In this document: one piece after another, positions 1 to 11,685 of the stretch
Layout: every line of letters starts with the position of its first letter
Position numbering within the stretch: position 1 is the stretch's first letter
Origin: Octopus bimaculoides
Taxonomy: Eukaryota
Direction of reading: 5' to 3'
NCBI RefSeq assembly: GCF_001194135.2
Contig: NC_068982.1
Location: 81,370,065-81,404,485 of the forward strand
Length of the DNA: 34,421 nucleotides
Program-made: the position numbers and the translations under genes
The notes under the pieces: generated by a model
The model's database searches: none
The model's input: the letters and a program-made list of their open reading frames with translations, nothing else
What the model was told of the DNA's origin: nothing

Positions 1-25
1 ATATATATATATATATATATATATA

Positions 26-918
26 CAGGATTAGATGGGTAAATTGTCGCTATTTTATGTTTATGGGTTTTGTCGACTACACAGTATAGTAGGGTCAGAT
101 AGGCAGCGTCTGTGAGAAAAACAGCACCATCACCCAATTCAGTCTGCTAGAAATTTCGAAACGACATGCTGTACTGCTTGGCGTTAGCACCGAAAACTCC
201 AATACGAACAGATGGTGAACACACAGAACAACCGTTGGCTTGCCTTGTCCCTACAACATGTACCGAGAGTGATAAAAATCAAACATCCAATCAACATCAT
301 GGTGTTTGGAGAGATCACTAGTGATGGCGACGTTATACCTCCATTCATCTTCCCACACAGTCTCAGACTCAACATGGAGGCCTTTATCAAGTGCCTGGAA
401 TAGATAGTGTTTCCCTGAGTGAAGACCCTATGTCTGACTGGAAGACCCTATGTCTGGCTGGAAGACCCTATGTCTGGCTGGAAGACCCTATGTCTCTGGC
501 AACGGGATTCGGCACCATGCCACACAAGCAAGAGAACCCAGTTATGGCTGTCAGACAATTACTGCGACCATACCACCCCTAACATCTGGCCACCTAACTC
601 CCCAGAGTGCAACCCCTTCATTATTATGTGTAGGGCGCAGTTGAGCGAGAGACCAAGAAAACTCCTTGTAACACCAAAGATGAATTGAAGGCAAGGATTA
701 TGGCAGCATTCACTAACTTAAACAAAGAGACCATCCAGAAGAGTTGCAGGAGATTCCGAGGTCGTCTGGAAGCCGTGGCTGAAGCCAATGGCGATTTTAT
801 TGAATAAATTTACTCCTTAGTATTTCAAGATATTTTAATGTTATTTTGGTAAAATGAGATGTCACTGTTATTTTCATTTTTGCGTATTTTAGACGACAAT
901 ATATTCCCCACATCCTTT
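26..918 (+). mobile_element. Internally deleted, decayed maT (DD37D, Bmmar1-like) DNA transposon
   Basis: Frameshifted transposase remnant: KHPINIMVFGEITSDGDVIPPFIFP...GRPYVW...DSAPCHTSKRTQLWLSDNYCDHTTPNIWPPNSPECNP...ELKARIMAAFTNLNKETIQKSCRRFRGRLEAVAEANGDFIE*, stop at 805-807. Spacing from the second Asp to the mutated third-Asp position is 37 aa. A short N-terminus is fused directly to the catalytic domain near 205. Starts after TA (24-25); right TIR is degenerate, so the end is approximate. Confidence 0.85.
421..496 (+). repeat. 20-bp tandem repeat (GAAGACCCTATGTCTGGCTG x ~3.8) inside the maT transposase
   Basis: Units start at 421, 441, 461 and 481 (partial). Confidence 0.95.
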
Positions 919-981
919 GTGTGAGTGCATATGCACGCGCGCGCGCGCGTGTATGTGTGTGTGTGTGTGTGCGGATGTGTA

Positions 982-1880
982 TCGGGTCATCCCATAAATA
1001 ATGCAGTGTTTTCACCTGTATGAAGTAAAAGTCGAAGGAGGGAAGGATAAACTACTTGCATCAACTTGCTATAAAAGTAGGTAATGATTTTAACTTGTCC
1101 TAATTCTTAGTGCAAGTTTTGAAGAGTGCAGTTCGACTTTTACAGTTATTTTTTCAAAGCTATAATGGAAGTGACATATTTTGCTTTATGAGTACTATGA
1201 AGGCAACGACGCAATGGAAAGTACGAGGAATAATAATGCAGTATATGGGGATCAGACAATAAGCATAAACAAGTGTCAACGGTGGTTCCAGAAATTCTGA
1301 GCTGAAAACTACAGCCTCGAAAAGGAGCTTCCTCCTGGTTGATCTGTAGAGCTCGACTAGGACATCCTGCAAACCCTGGTGGAATAAAATCCCATCGTAA
1401 TTGTTGAGGAACTACCAGAGAAGCTTCGATTTAGTCATTCAACCATTGATGGACACCTGTGTGCCATCAGAAAACGACCATCTTTGGTTTCGAGACGAAA
1501 GATGTTCCTCCATCAGGATAATGCTCGGTCACATACAGCGAAGATCACATTCCAAAGATTGGAGCAGTTTGAATGGGAAACGATACCCCACCATCAATAT
1601 TCGCCGGACATTGCCTCATCTGATTATCATTTATTCCGCACTCTTCAAAATTATTTGGACAGAAAAATATTAATTCTGTAAACAAGGTCAGAACAGTACT
1701 GGAAGAGTATTTTTCGTCATGGACAAGTGAATTTTGGAATGGGGTCCTTGCAAGTCTATCAGAGAGATGGAAGAGCATAGTAGAAAATGAAGGAGAGTAT
1801 ATTTTAGATTAAAAAAGAAATTTTTTTATCTTAATTTTGAAAAATAAAAGTATAAAAAAACCGCATTATTTATGACTCGA
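982..1880 (+). mobile_element. Internally deleted mariner (DD34D) derivative with TIRs and TA target duplication
   Basis: Left TA|TCGGGTCATCCCATAAATAATGC; right GCATTATTTATG-ACTCGA|TA (5 bp lost from the right TIR). Remnant ORF runs from ATG 1165 to TAA 1810-1812. The HTH region (KCQRWFQKF) joins near 1478 to LHQDNARSHTA...YSPDIASSDYHLF...RWKSIVENEGEYILD*. Confidence 0.9.
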
Positions 1881-1889
1881 TACATACAT

Positions 1890-1970
<81 letters not shown>
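1881..1970. repeat. Compound microsatellite (TACA)n(CA)n(TA)n
   Basis: Direct reading; abuts N-gap 1971-2236. Confidence 0.95.
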
Positions 1971-3339
1971 NNNNNNNNNNNNNNNNNNNNNNNNNNNNNN
2001 NNNNNNNNNNNNNNNNNNNNNNNNNNNNNNNNNNNNNNNNNNNNNNNNNNNNNNNNNNNNNNNNNNNNNNNNNNNNNNNNNNNNNNNNNNNNNNNNNNNN
2101 NNNNNNNNNNNNNNNNNNNNNNNNNNNNNNNNNNNNNNNNNNNNNNNNNNNNNNNNNNNNNNNNNNNNNNNNNNNNNNNNNNNNNNNNNNNNNNNNNNNN
2201 NNNNNNNNNNNNNNNNNNNNNNNNNNNNNNNNNNNNTATATATGGTCGTGGGAAGGTAGAATGAGAGGTTATTTACATGTAGCATCGTCCAACCCGGGAT
2301 TTTGGCTATCGTATCGATATTTGTGACAAATATCAGATCTTCTCAGGAGCAGAAAATCCAGGTTTCACAATTATTAAACCCTTATGTGCGTTTAACCAAG
2401 AACAAAATATAACCAAAATCAAACTGTTCCAAGCGAAAATTTACGTAATATTTGTGATTTTAAACATTAGGGTGACACTTCTTCAAACCTGCAACAAAGG
2501 TGCACTTTACATATGAAAAACATTTACATCACATCAATTTTCATTTGGGACTTTTGCATGAACTGGCGTTGAAAGCAGAGTTGGTACAGAAACAATTGTA
2601 ACTAATCATAAAAGATGTGTTAAAGTCTTTCTCTGTCTTTTTATTCAGATTGTTTGTGTGTGCGTGTGTTTGTGTGTGTGTTTGTGTGTATGTGTACATG
2701 CATATATACATACACATAGACTCATACATATATAAATGCATACCTACGTTTGATGATATATAAATAGAACTAAAAGAAATACGACTTGTCGGTTTCAAAA
2801 TCAGATTTACTATTGTGGGTCTGAGCTTTAAAGTGATGTGATGACAACAAAGGACATGTTTTAGTCTTACTAGACCAAAACATATGCCTTATTAGACCTT
2901 CTCAGAGAAGCAGGGTTTTGCTAAACTCGTGGAACAGGATGTTCAATATTTTAATACATGTGTGTGTGTATGTGCGTTTGTGCATATTTATGTAGGCGCG
3001 CTCGTGGGGAGAGAGACTGGGAGAAAGAGAGAGAGAGAGTGAGAGAGACTGTGAAAAAGAGCGGGGGTTGCGATAGAGAGACTGTAGTGGTACATCACGT
3101 GATCACGTGACTGACCAGGCTACCTGATGTTGTTACACATCGCTGGTCATAATGCGAGTGGTACATATTGCAAACTAAACTTGATTCCATTTGCATTAAG
3201 ATTAATACTAAACGTTTTGCTTAAAGAAATTCTATTCGCTATAAGTTATTGACTTATAATTTTACACACACGTACACACACACGCACACACACGCACGCA
3301 CACACGCACGCACACGCACAGAACTGAAACAAAGGAGCC

Positions 3340-3468
3340 CAAATTCTACCGAGGTCGATTTTGTCTTTCATCCTTTCAGAGTCGATAAGATAAGCAGCAG
3401 TAAAGCACTAAAGTTAATGTAATCGACTTGTCCCATCCCCTAGCTTTGTGCCAAATTTTGAAACCAAT
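3340..3468 (+). mobile_element. 5'-truncated SINE (family A)
   Basis: AAATTCTACCGAGGTCGATTTTGTCTTTCATCCTTTC...GTAATCGACTT...TTGTGCCAAATTTTGAAACC matches the body of the copies at 7800 and 26557. Confidence 0.8.
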
Positions 3469-3507
3469 TTTAGATTTTTGCGAGAAATTTTTTTACCCTT
3501 TGGTCAC

Positions 3508-3632
3508 AGAGAGAGGGAGATAGAGGGTGAGAGGGAAGGAGAGAGGGGGGAGAGAAGAGAGAAGGAGGGAGAGAGAAAATTAGAGAGAGAGGGAGGGAGA
3601 GAGAAAATTAGAGAAAGAGGGAGAGAGAGAGA
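3508..3632. repeat. GA-rich polypurine low-complexity tract
   Basis: Direct reading. Confidence 0.9.
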
Positions 3633-5194
3633 GACCAAGGCCAAAGTGGATTTGCCCAATATTTAGTGCACAACAGTTTAGGAGATGAACTTCTTCCGAT
3701 GGAAACGGAAGAGAATATCGCAGAAGGAGACTAACGTCAGAAATAAACATGAATAGTGTTAAAGGTTAAATAATATGGCTACCTTCCTTCGCCATTCAGA
3801 TAACCATCACAATACACGTCTAAAAGTAGCTTCTTCAGAGTCCGACACAGAACCTATTTAACGACATCCAATTGCAGGAAACATTCTTCGAAGTACTCAA
3901 ACCACTCAGAGTTACACTTCGAAGTTGCTGTCTTCTATAGGATTGTATATCTCTATATTCCTTGAAATCCACGAATTGTAACTGAAACCAAAATTTATGA
4001 TGTCCGTCTACTAAATATTGCATTTCTTTTTTTCTTTGTTTTTCTTTGTATTATTTTTATTTTATTACAAAATACAGTGGAGAGATTTTACTGAATAATT
4101 TATTAAATAATACAGAAATAGGTGAGCATATATNNNNNNNNNNNNNNNNNNNNNNNNNNNNNNNNNNNNNNNNNNNNNNNNNNNNNNNNNNNNNNNNNNN
4201 NNNNNNNNNNNNNNNNNNNNNNNNNNNNNNNNNNNNNNNNNNNNNNNNNNNNNNNNNNNNNNNNNNNNNNNNNNNNNNNNNNNNNNNNNNNNNNNNNNNN
4301 NNNNNNNNNNNNNNNNNNNNNNNNNNNNNNNNNNNNNNNNNNNNNNNNNNNNNNNNNNNNNNNNNNNNNNNNNNNNNNNNNNNNNNNNNNNNNNNNNNNN
4401 NNNNNNNNNNNNNNNNNNNNNNNNNNNNNNNNNNNNNNNNNNNNNNNNNNNNNNNNNNNNNNNNNNNNNNNNNNNNNNNNNNNNNNNNNNNNNNNNNNNN
4501 NNNNNNNNNNNNNNNNNNNNNNNNNNNNNNNNNNNNNNNNNNNNNNNNNNNNNNNNNNNNNNNNNNNNNNNNNNNNNNNNNNNNNNNNNNNNNNNNNNNN
4601 NNNNNNNNNNNNNNNNNNNNNNNNNNNNNNNNNNNNNNNNNNNNNNNNNNNNNNNNNNNNNNNNNNNNNNNNNNNNNNNNNNNNNNNNNNNNNNNNNNNN
4701 NNNNNNNNNNNNNNNNNNNNNNNNNNNNNNNTATATATATATATATATGAGTTTATGTGTGTGTGTACATATAATCATAAACAATCAATCACCCGCACGA
4801 ACATATATTTTTACGCGCGCGCGCACATACACAACACTCACACACACATATACACACACATAGACATACATCTGGAAATATATATATATATACTCGCATG
4901 ATAAATATCTATATGAATATATTCTATACATCCATAAATTGCATTTCTATATGCAAATATATTCATTATATTCATATGCGTATGCAAATATATGCACAAA
5001 AGCATCTACTGATGTATATATGCACAAGTACATACTCACATACTAATAATGACATACATTTATATGTATACTCTGTGTGTCTCTGCATGTGCGTTTGTGT
5101 GTGCGTGTTTGTGTGTGTGCACGCGCGTGCGTATGTGCAAGCGTATGTTTGTATATTTACTTACATACGGATACAAACATACTGTCTAATGCAT

Positions 5195-5243
<49 letters not shown>

Positions 5244-5909
5244 NNNNNNNNNNNNNNNNNNNNNNNNNNNNNNNNNNNNNNNNNNNNNNNNNNNNNNNNN
5301 NNNNNNNNNNNNNNNNNNNNNNNNNNNNNNNNNNNNNNNNNNNNNNNNNNNNNNNNNNNNNNNNNNNNNNNNNNNNNNNNNNNNNNNNNNNNNNNNNNNN
5401 NNNNNNNNNNNNNNNNNNNNNNNNNNNNNNNNNNNNNNNNNNNNNNNNNNNNNNNNNNNNNNNNNNNNNNNNNNNNNNNNNNNNNNNNNNNNNNNNNNNN
5501 NNNNNNNNNNNNNNNNNNNNNNNNNNNNNNNNNNNNNNNNNNNNNNNNNNNNNNNNNNNNNNNNNNNNNNNNNNNNNNNNNNNNNNNNNNNNNNNNNNNN
5601 NNNNNNNNNNNNNNNNNNNNNNNNNNNNNNNNNNNNNNNNNNNNNNNNNNNNNNNNNNNNNNNNNNNNNNNNNNNNNNNNNNTGTATACATACGTTTATA
5701 TATGTTTGTGAGTATGTAGGTATGTGCATATATGTAAATGTATGTGTATGCTTATATATATACATATATATATGCGAATGTATGTATGTATGTACACATA
5801 TTCATAGCAGCTCCACCAATCGCTACGCAGCAAACATCTGGCGAGTCTCACATTAATTAAGAAGACACACCACGTAGACAAGGTGAGGAGGAGGGGGGAG
5901 AGATTGAAG

Positions 5910-5979
5910 TGGGAGAGGTGATATGGGGAGAGGTGGTATGGGGAGAGGTGGTATGGGGAGAGGTGGTATGGGGAGAGGT
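5910..5979 (+). repeat. 15-bp G-rich minisatellite (GGTATGGGGAGAGGT x ~4.5)
   Basis: GGGG runs at 5925, 5940, 5955 and 5970. Confidence 0.9.
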
Positions 5980-6189
5980 AGAGACGCTGCTTTTATCTCG
6001 CCATGTCACCTTGTTTCCTTTCTTCCTTCTTTCCATTCCTCCTTCTCTTTAGTTTTCGTTCTTTTCCTCTCTCTCTCTCTTTCCCTCCCTGCCTGTCTGT
6101 TTGTCTGTCTGTCTGCATGTCTGTAGCTTCTGCTCGCTTTATCACTGCGGGCGTTCGTCCCGCCACCCTCACCGATCGAGTGTCGTCTA

Positions 6190-6365
6190 CCGTAAGAAAT
6201 AATGATAATGCTGACGATGAGTAAAAATGACGATGATGATGATGATGATGATGCTAATGACGACAATGGTTACGACAACAATGGCGGCGACGACGACGAT
6301 GACAATGACGACATGGGGTGATGATTTCATCACAATTATTATGCCGTTGATGATGGTGATGTCCC

Positions 6366-6405
<40 letters not shown>

Positions 6406-6475
6406 AGTGGTGGTGGTGGTGGTGGTCGTCGTCGTCGTCGCTGTCGTTGTCGTCGTCGCGTTGCTGCTGCTGCTG
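6190..6475. repeat. Mosaic trinucleotide microsatellite (GAT/GAC/GGT/GTC/GCT)
   Basis: Direct reading; explains the poly-Met/Val ORF 6227-6538. Confidence 0.9.
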
Positions 6476-6496
6476 GTACTTGTGTTGATATTGGTT

Positions 6497-7410
6497 TTAA
6501 ATCATGGCAAATGTGTTCGCCAAGAGTTTGATGCTTGATGTCTGTAGTTTGTAGGAAGATACACGAAATTGTATGAACCGATCCATGACAACCATCACCT
6601 CCTGAGAAACACTGTAGAGAGGGTTGGCCCTGGATCTAACTTTGGTGATGGTTCAGTCTAAGTCCTATAGAAGTCATAATGGGCGGTTCCATGGTGGAGA
6701 AGAATTAAAAATTGATAGGATTGCGATTTAAACGAGACAAGTCGTTAAGGTTGCAACTCGATCCCAAGTGAGACATGTCTATGTGGAACAGTAACTTGTA
6801 TCACTGGGTCAAAGGTTCAGTTAAGAAGCATAGGTTCTGGTCTGAACCAGAGCTCGTGGTTGACAAAACCTGTGTAAAGGCTGCGATTAGGGTAACTAAC
6901 ATCAATCAGAAATACTCTGAGAGAAAACTGTTTCTCGAAGATTGGTCAGAACTGGTTAACGTCTACATGGCTTCCGTTGTGTTCTTAGTACCTGACTGCC
7001 GTGCTACAAGTGACTTTAGCGTCTCAGGATAAGCTGTAGAGACATGGTCGCGTTGGAGCTGCCAGCAATTTCTCCGATATGCGTACACGGTAACGAGACT
7101 GTCAGGTCCGTGATCTCCCAATATCTGGGCATTGTTGATTGTCGGTTTACTTCGGACGTGCTTAACGAATCCGATTATCAGCTAAGTCTATGGTGAAGGT
7201 CAGTCAACACCGTCTCTTGTCGAGTAACAGTGAGTAGCCTTCCTCTGTTTTGTGGCGAAGGAAATTGTGTGATGAAGAACTTCGTCCATCAGACTAAACC
7301 CTTATTAATTTCTTTTAGAACCACTCGAAATACAGTTTAAGGAGGAAGGTGCTGCTCTCTCATAGATTTTGTGAAAGGCGCACGAGACTGTCAAAAGTGG
7401 CAAATTGAAG
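6497..7410 (+). mobile_element. Heavily decayed, internally deleted Tx1/L1-type non-LTR retrotransposon ORF2
   Basis: With frameshifts: KIMANVFAKSL...RSIHDNHHLLRNTVERVG (RT N-terminal region); HWVKGSVK..FWSEPEL...YSERKLFLEDWSELVNVYMASVVF (post-RT); NETVRSVISQ (zf-RVT-like); LINFF*NHSK (C-terminal). Same type as 24405-25228. Confidence 0.65.
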
Positions 7411-7417
7411 AACACTA

Positions 7418-7540
7418 AATTTGGGGGAGGGCTGTAATCGATTTTATTGCCCCTGGAACTTGACTAATATCTTAGTTTCTTAAACCTGGATGGATGAAAG
7501 TCAAAGCTGACACCGATGAGATCTGAAGTCAGAAACGGTA
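7418..7540 (-). mobile_element. Degenerate SINE family A fragment
   Basis: GTAATCGATTTTATTGCCCC...GGATGAAAGTCAAAGCTGACACCG..GAGATCTGAAGTCAGAA is the reverse complement of the family A body. Confidence 0.65.
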
Positions 7541-7799
7541 GATTTGTTGTCGGCAATATACGGCTGTGTATTTATTTTAAATAGCTGTTACAATATGCAA
7601 ACTCTTCACAGAAGTACAAACATCAGATCCACACCACGAATTTTGTTAAATAAATCGCTTCTGAACGGAGATGATAGAGATCGATTCCAGAAATATTACA
7701 GCGGAAGTCCACCTTGGTAACATTTGAACTGAGTTTTTATTTAGTCCGTCACCGTATGCTGCTAATCCGTCGCCCTTTGCTCAAGTCTGCAACACCTGT

Positions 7800-8002
7800 T
7801 GGTGAGCTGGCAGGATTGTTAACAAGCCGGGCAAAATGCATTTCGTCCGTCTTTACGTTCTGAATTCAAATTCCGCCGAGCTTGACTCTACCTTTCATCC
7901 TTTCGGGGCCCAAAAAATAAGTACTAGTTGAGCACTGGGGTCTATAAAATCGATTTATCCCTCCCTGAACTTGCTGGCCTTGTGACACAATTTGAAATCA
8001 TG
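7800..8002 (+). mobile_element. tRNA-derived SINE family A with (ATT)n tail
   Basis: A-box-like TGGCAGGATTGTT, B-box-like AATTCAAATTCC, body CCTTTCATCCTTTCGGGG...AAGTACTAGTTGAGCACTGGGGTC; (ATT)n follows. Confidence 0.85.
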
Positions 8003-8061
<59 letters not shown>

Positions 8062-8083
8062 CATTATTATTATNNNNNNNNNN

Positions 8084-8150
<67 letters not shown>
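8003..8150. repeat. (ATT)n - 10 N - (AAT)n microsatellite
   Basis: Direct reading; gap 8074-8083. Confidence 0.95.
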
Positions 8151-8151
<1 letters not shown>

Positions 8152-8184
8152 GCAGCAGCAGCAGCACATGCTACCGGGTTGTTG

Positions 8185-8375
8185 TCTTGAGGTTTGGTGA
8201 CAAGCCTCTAACTTTCAAGAATCTTTCCTAAGATTTCTGTAAAAATACAGGATTCCACTTTCCTTCATGTTGATAATGTGTGTCCCATTTCCGATATCCG
8301 TCAGGGCCTTTCGGTAGCAATTTTGATGTTGTACCAAGTGCACCAATTACCACAGGATCGTCTGATAAGAGTGAT
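8185..8375 (-). mobile_element. 3' end fragment of an R4/Dong-type (RLE) LINE
   Basis: Minus strand PVVIGALGTT...TEILGKILES* matches the C-terminal PVV(I/V)GALG...ILRKVL motif of the other copies in this window. Confidence 0.55.
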
Positions 8376-8665
8376 GTCGGAGTTGATATCGAGAAAGATG
8401 GCATGCTATCATTCTTAACGCTATAGTGAAAAATAAATGATGTGCTGATGGCGGTGGTGACGCTGGTTGTTTTGAGAGAGGGGCGGGTGAAGTATCGGAA
8501 GAGAAGCAGTGAGAGATGCGCTTCCACTATCAATGAAGACTGTGGTTGACAACAAAGACTTTGACAGCAGGTGAATCAGTTTTCTCTCTTATCTCTTATT
8601 TCTCCCTTACCTCACCCTAGCTGATTCCTTTACACGTGGATCAGAGAGAATTATATTTGTACACA

Positions 8666-8707
<42 letters not shown>

Positions 8708-9073
8708 TACATACGCATACGCACCCATATGTGGATGTGTGGATGTGATATATATATGTATATACATAGAAAAAATAAGGTACTCAGAGTTACTCATCTG
8801 GATACAGATTTTTATTACCATGTCACATGTTTTTATAAATCATATATTAGCGCTTGCATCTACTCTAGTAGATTTTTCAGATTTCGGTATATATATATGC
8901 ATACATACACACACATTCATACATATATATTATATTTTACACGTACACACGCGCGCACGCGCGCACACACATACACACACTCATATATATATATAATATA
9001 ACATACAAAATAATAATATGCATATGCAAATGCAGATATACGTGTATATACGTATATAAGCATAAATATCTAT

Positions 9074-9079
<6 letters not shown>

Positions 9080-9150
<71 letters not shown>
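9080..9150. repeat. (TG)n(TA)n microsatellite, left flank of the mariner pair
   Basis: Direct reading. Confidence 0.95.
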
Positions 9151-9154
<4 letters not shown>

Positions 9155-10400
9155 GTTGTCCGGGAAGTTCTGGGCGCTTTTTAAGCTAAACCTTTTAGCG
9201 CTTCATTGAACACACTTGAAACGTAACACAGTTACAACTTTGGCGTTGCTTGGAGTGGTAGAGCATATCTTCTTTGTTCCTGAAAAAAAATTTTTTTTAT
9301 CTATATTTTACCCTTTATTGACATTTGAAATGGATAACCAAAAATTTTATATCCGTGTTGTAATGCTTTTCTTTTTTTTTAAAAAAAGGAGAAAATGCAA
9401 CAAAGACTCGCCAAAGCATTTGTGAAGTTTATGGTGAATCAACTATCCGTAGGTGGTTTGCAAAATTTAAAACTGGAGAGTTTAGCTTGGAAGCTGACAG
9501 TCGCAGTGGAAGACTTTCGAAATTGGATGAAGATGTTTTGAAGGCAAAAATCGAAGAAAACTCAAATATCACGACTAGAGAACTTGCAGAGGAATTGGAA
9601 GTTTCTAAAAGTACGGCTCATGGACACCTAGTGAAGCTAGGATACATTTCTCGCTATAATGTATGGGTCCCTCACAAACTTTCAGAAAAGAACTGCTTGG
9701 GCCGGTATTCCGTTTGTGATATGCTTTTGAAACGAAATGAAAGCATTCCTTTTTTGAAACAACTTCTGACTGGAGATGAAAAATCAATTGTGTAAGAAAA
9801 CATAGTACGGAAAAGATCTTGGAATTTGCGTAAGGATCCTCCAAAACAGCAACCGAATATCCATGCCTGAAAGGCTATGCTTTGTGTTTGGTGGGATCAT
9901 AAAAACATTATCTATTATGAACTTCTCCCATAATTCTGATGTGTACTGTCATCAGCTGGCTAATTTGAACCAAAAACTCAAAGAATTGAGGCTGGAGGTA
10001 GCCAACAGGAAAGGGTTAGTGTTCCAATATGACAATACCCGACTGTATGTGTCTTTGGCTACTCGAACAAAGTTACATGAACTTGCCTGGGATATCTTAC
10101 CCCATCGACCATATTCTGATATTGCGCCATCCGACTATCACTTGTTTTTGTCTCTACAGAACTCATTCCAAGGAAAAACATTTAACGATTTAGATGGAGT
10201 CAAAATGCATCGAGATAACTTTTTTTCTTCAAAACCAGTCAAATTTTATGCTGACGGAATATTTAAATGGCCTGGTAGATGGGCAAAGATCATTAATAAT
10301 AATGGAAATTATTTCATTAAATAAAATTTAAAGAAACTGTCAATTATTTATATTCCTTTGTGAATATTAAAATACGCTCAGAACTTTCCGGACAACCTAA
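9151..10400 (+). mobile_element. Near full-length (1250 bp) inactive mariner, DD34D, mellifera/cecropia-like
   Basis: TIRs TTAGGTTGTCCGGGAAGTTCTG / CAGAACTTTCCGGACAACCTAA; TA at 9149-9150 and 10401-10402. Transposase runs from ATG 9330 to TAA 10324 with WVPHKL, TGDEK, QYDNTR and YSDIAPSD (Pro lost, leaving 33 aa spacing). Several frameshifts and stops. Confidence 0.95.
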
Positions 10401-10402
10401 TA

Positions 10403-11685
10403 TCAGGTTATTAAGAATGAAATGTCCTATTTTCTTATGTACCAAGTTTGACAATCGTTAACTCTAATGTTTTATCCTGGCGAATCTTTACAACATTGAA
10501 GAGTTACATCATCACTTTTCGAAATGCGATTCATATTGCCCTGATTATATTGTGAGTTTTCTCTTGCAAAGCAATTTTTGTGAACTCATAGATAGATCAA
10601 AAATTCGTGTTGTTTAAGAATATGAGTTTCGTCGTGGAACCAATGCTTCCCAGACAACTCGAAACATCAATGAGGAGTTTGGTGAAGATGTCGCGAATGA
10701 ACGCACTGTACGTCGATGGTTTGAGAAGTTCCGGTGACTTTACACTTGAAAATCTACCCAGTGGTAGACCTGAGACTAAAGTGGATAATGACGAGCAGGA
10801 AACTGTAGTGGAAGTGGATACATCTCAAACATTACGTGAGTTAGCAGCAAGATTTTGATTTTTCGATTCCAACTGTATTGGGCCATCTGGAACAAATCGG
10901 CAAGGTAAAGAAGCTGGACAAATGGGTACCACACGAACTGAACGAGCATCGAATGACACGCCATTTTGAAACTTGTAGTTCTTTGCTGTCATGGTATAAA
11001 AGCGAACCATTATTGCATCGTGTAGTTACGTGTGATGAAAAATGCATTCCTTTTAACAATAGCAAGCGTTCTGCACGGCGGTTGAATAGACATGAAGCAC
11101 CAAAACACAATCCAAAAAGATTATTCATGAAAAAAAAACAAAAAACTAATGGTATCTATTTGGTGATCCAGCGCTGGTGTCATCCACTACAGCTTCATGA
11201 GACCTAGTAAGTCAATTACAGCGGTTGTATTCATCAACCAATTGGATGAAATGATGAGTGAACTTGTATTTAAACAACCCAGATTGGTTAATAGAGACAG
11301 GCCAATTCTCTTCCAAGAAAATGTGCGACCACATGTTGCATAAAGAACGCTACTCAAGTTACAGGATCTAAATTTGGAAGTACTCTGTTATCCATCATAT
11401 TCACCAGACCTTGCACCAACTGACTATCATGTTTCTCAGGCGTTAGACAAATTTTTACAAAGAAAAAACTTCAAATCTGAAGAAGATGCAAAAACAGCCT
11501 TTCGTGATTTCATCAGCTCTTGCCCTCCAGAATTCTTCGCTGCCGGTATAAATAAGCTACCAATAAAATGGCAAAATTATGTTGATAATTTAGGTGCATA
11601 CTTTGATTAACTGCATTGCTTTTTGTTGAGATAAAGTAAAATAAACCTTCAGTTCAAGATTGGACATTTTATTCTTAATGACCTG

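Noticed and set aside
421-496. Possible CRISPR-like repeat array
   Set aside because: Units are contiguous with no unique spacers, lie within a transposase, and the context is eukaryotic.
904-916. 13-nt identity TTCCCCACATCCT with 18472-18484
   Set aside because: A few 13-mer matches are expected by chance in ~25 kb of non-gap sequence; there is no extended similarity.
3089-3106. Palindromic double E-box CACGTGATCACGTG
   Set aside because: It appears to be part of a common repeat fragment; a short motif alone cannot support a regulatory call.
3680-3960. Short open frames that might be exons
   Set aside because: No frame combined convincing splice sites with a recognisable peptide.
6775-7180. 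Initial impression of a DIRS-type tyrosine recombinase (HGRVGAAS)
   Set aside because: The flanking translations fit Tx1/L1 ORF2 in collinear order much better.
11495-11520. Minus-strand CUGAUGA...GAAA as a further hammerhead
   Set aside because: No stem II pairing and it lies in mariner coding sequence. CTGANGA hits at 9949, 16332, 20430, 21792 and 31833 likewise lack the structure.
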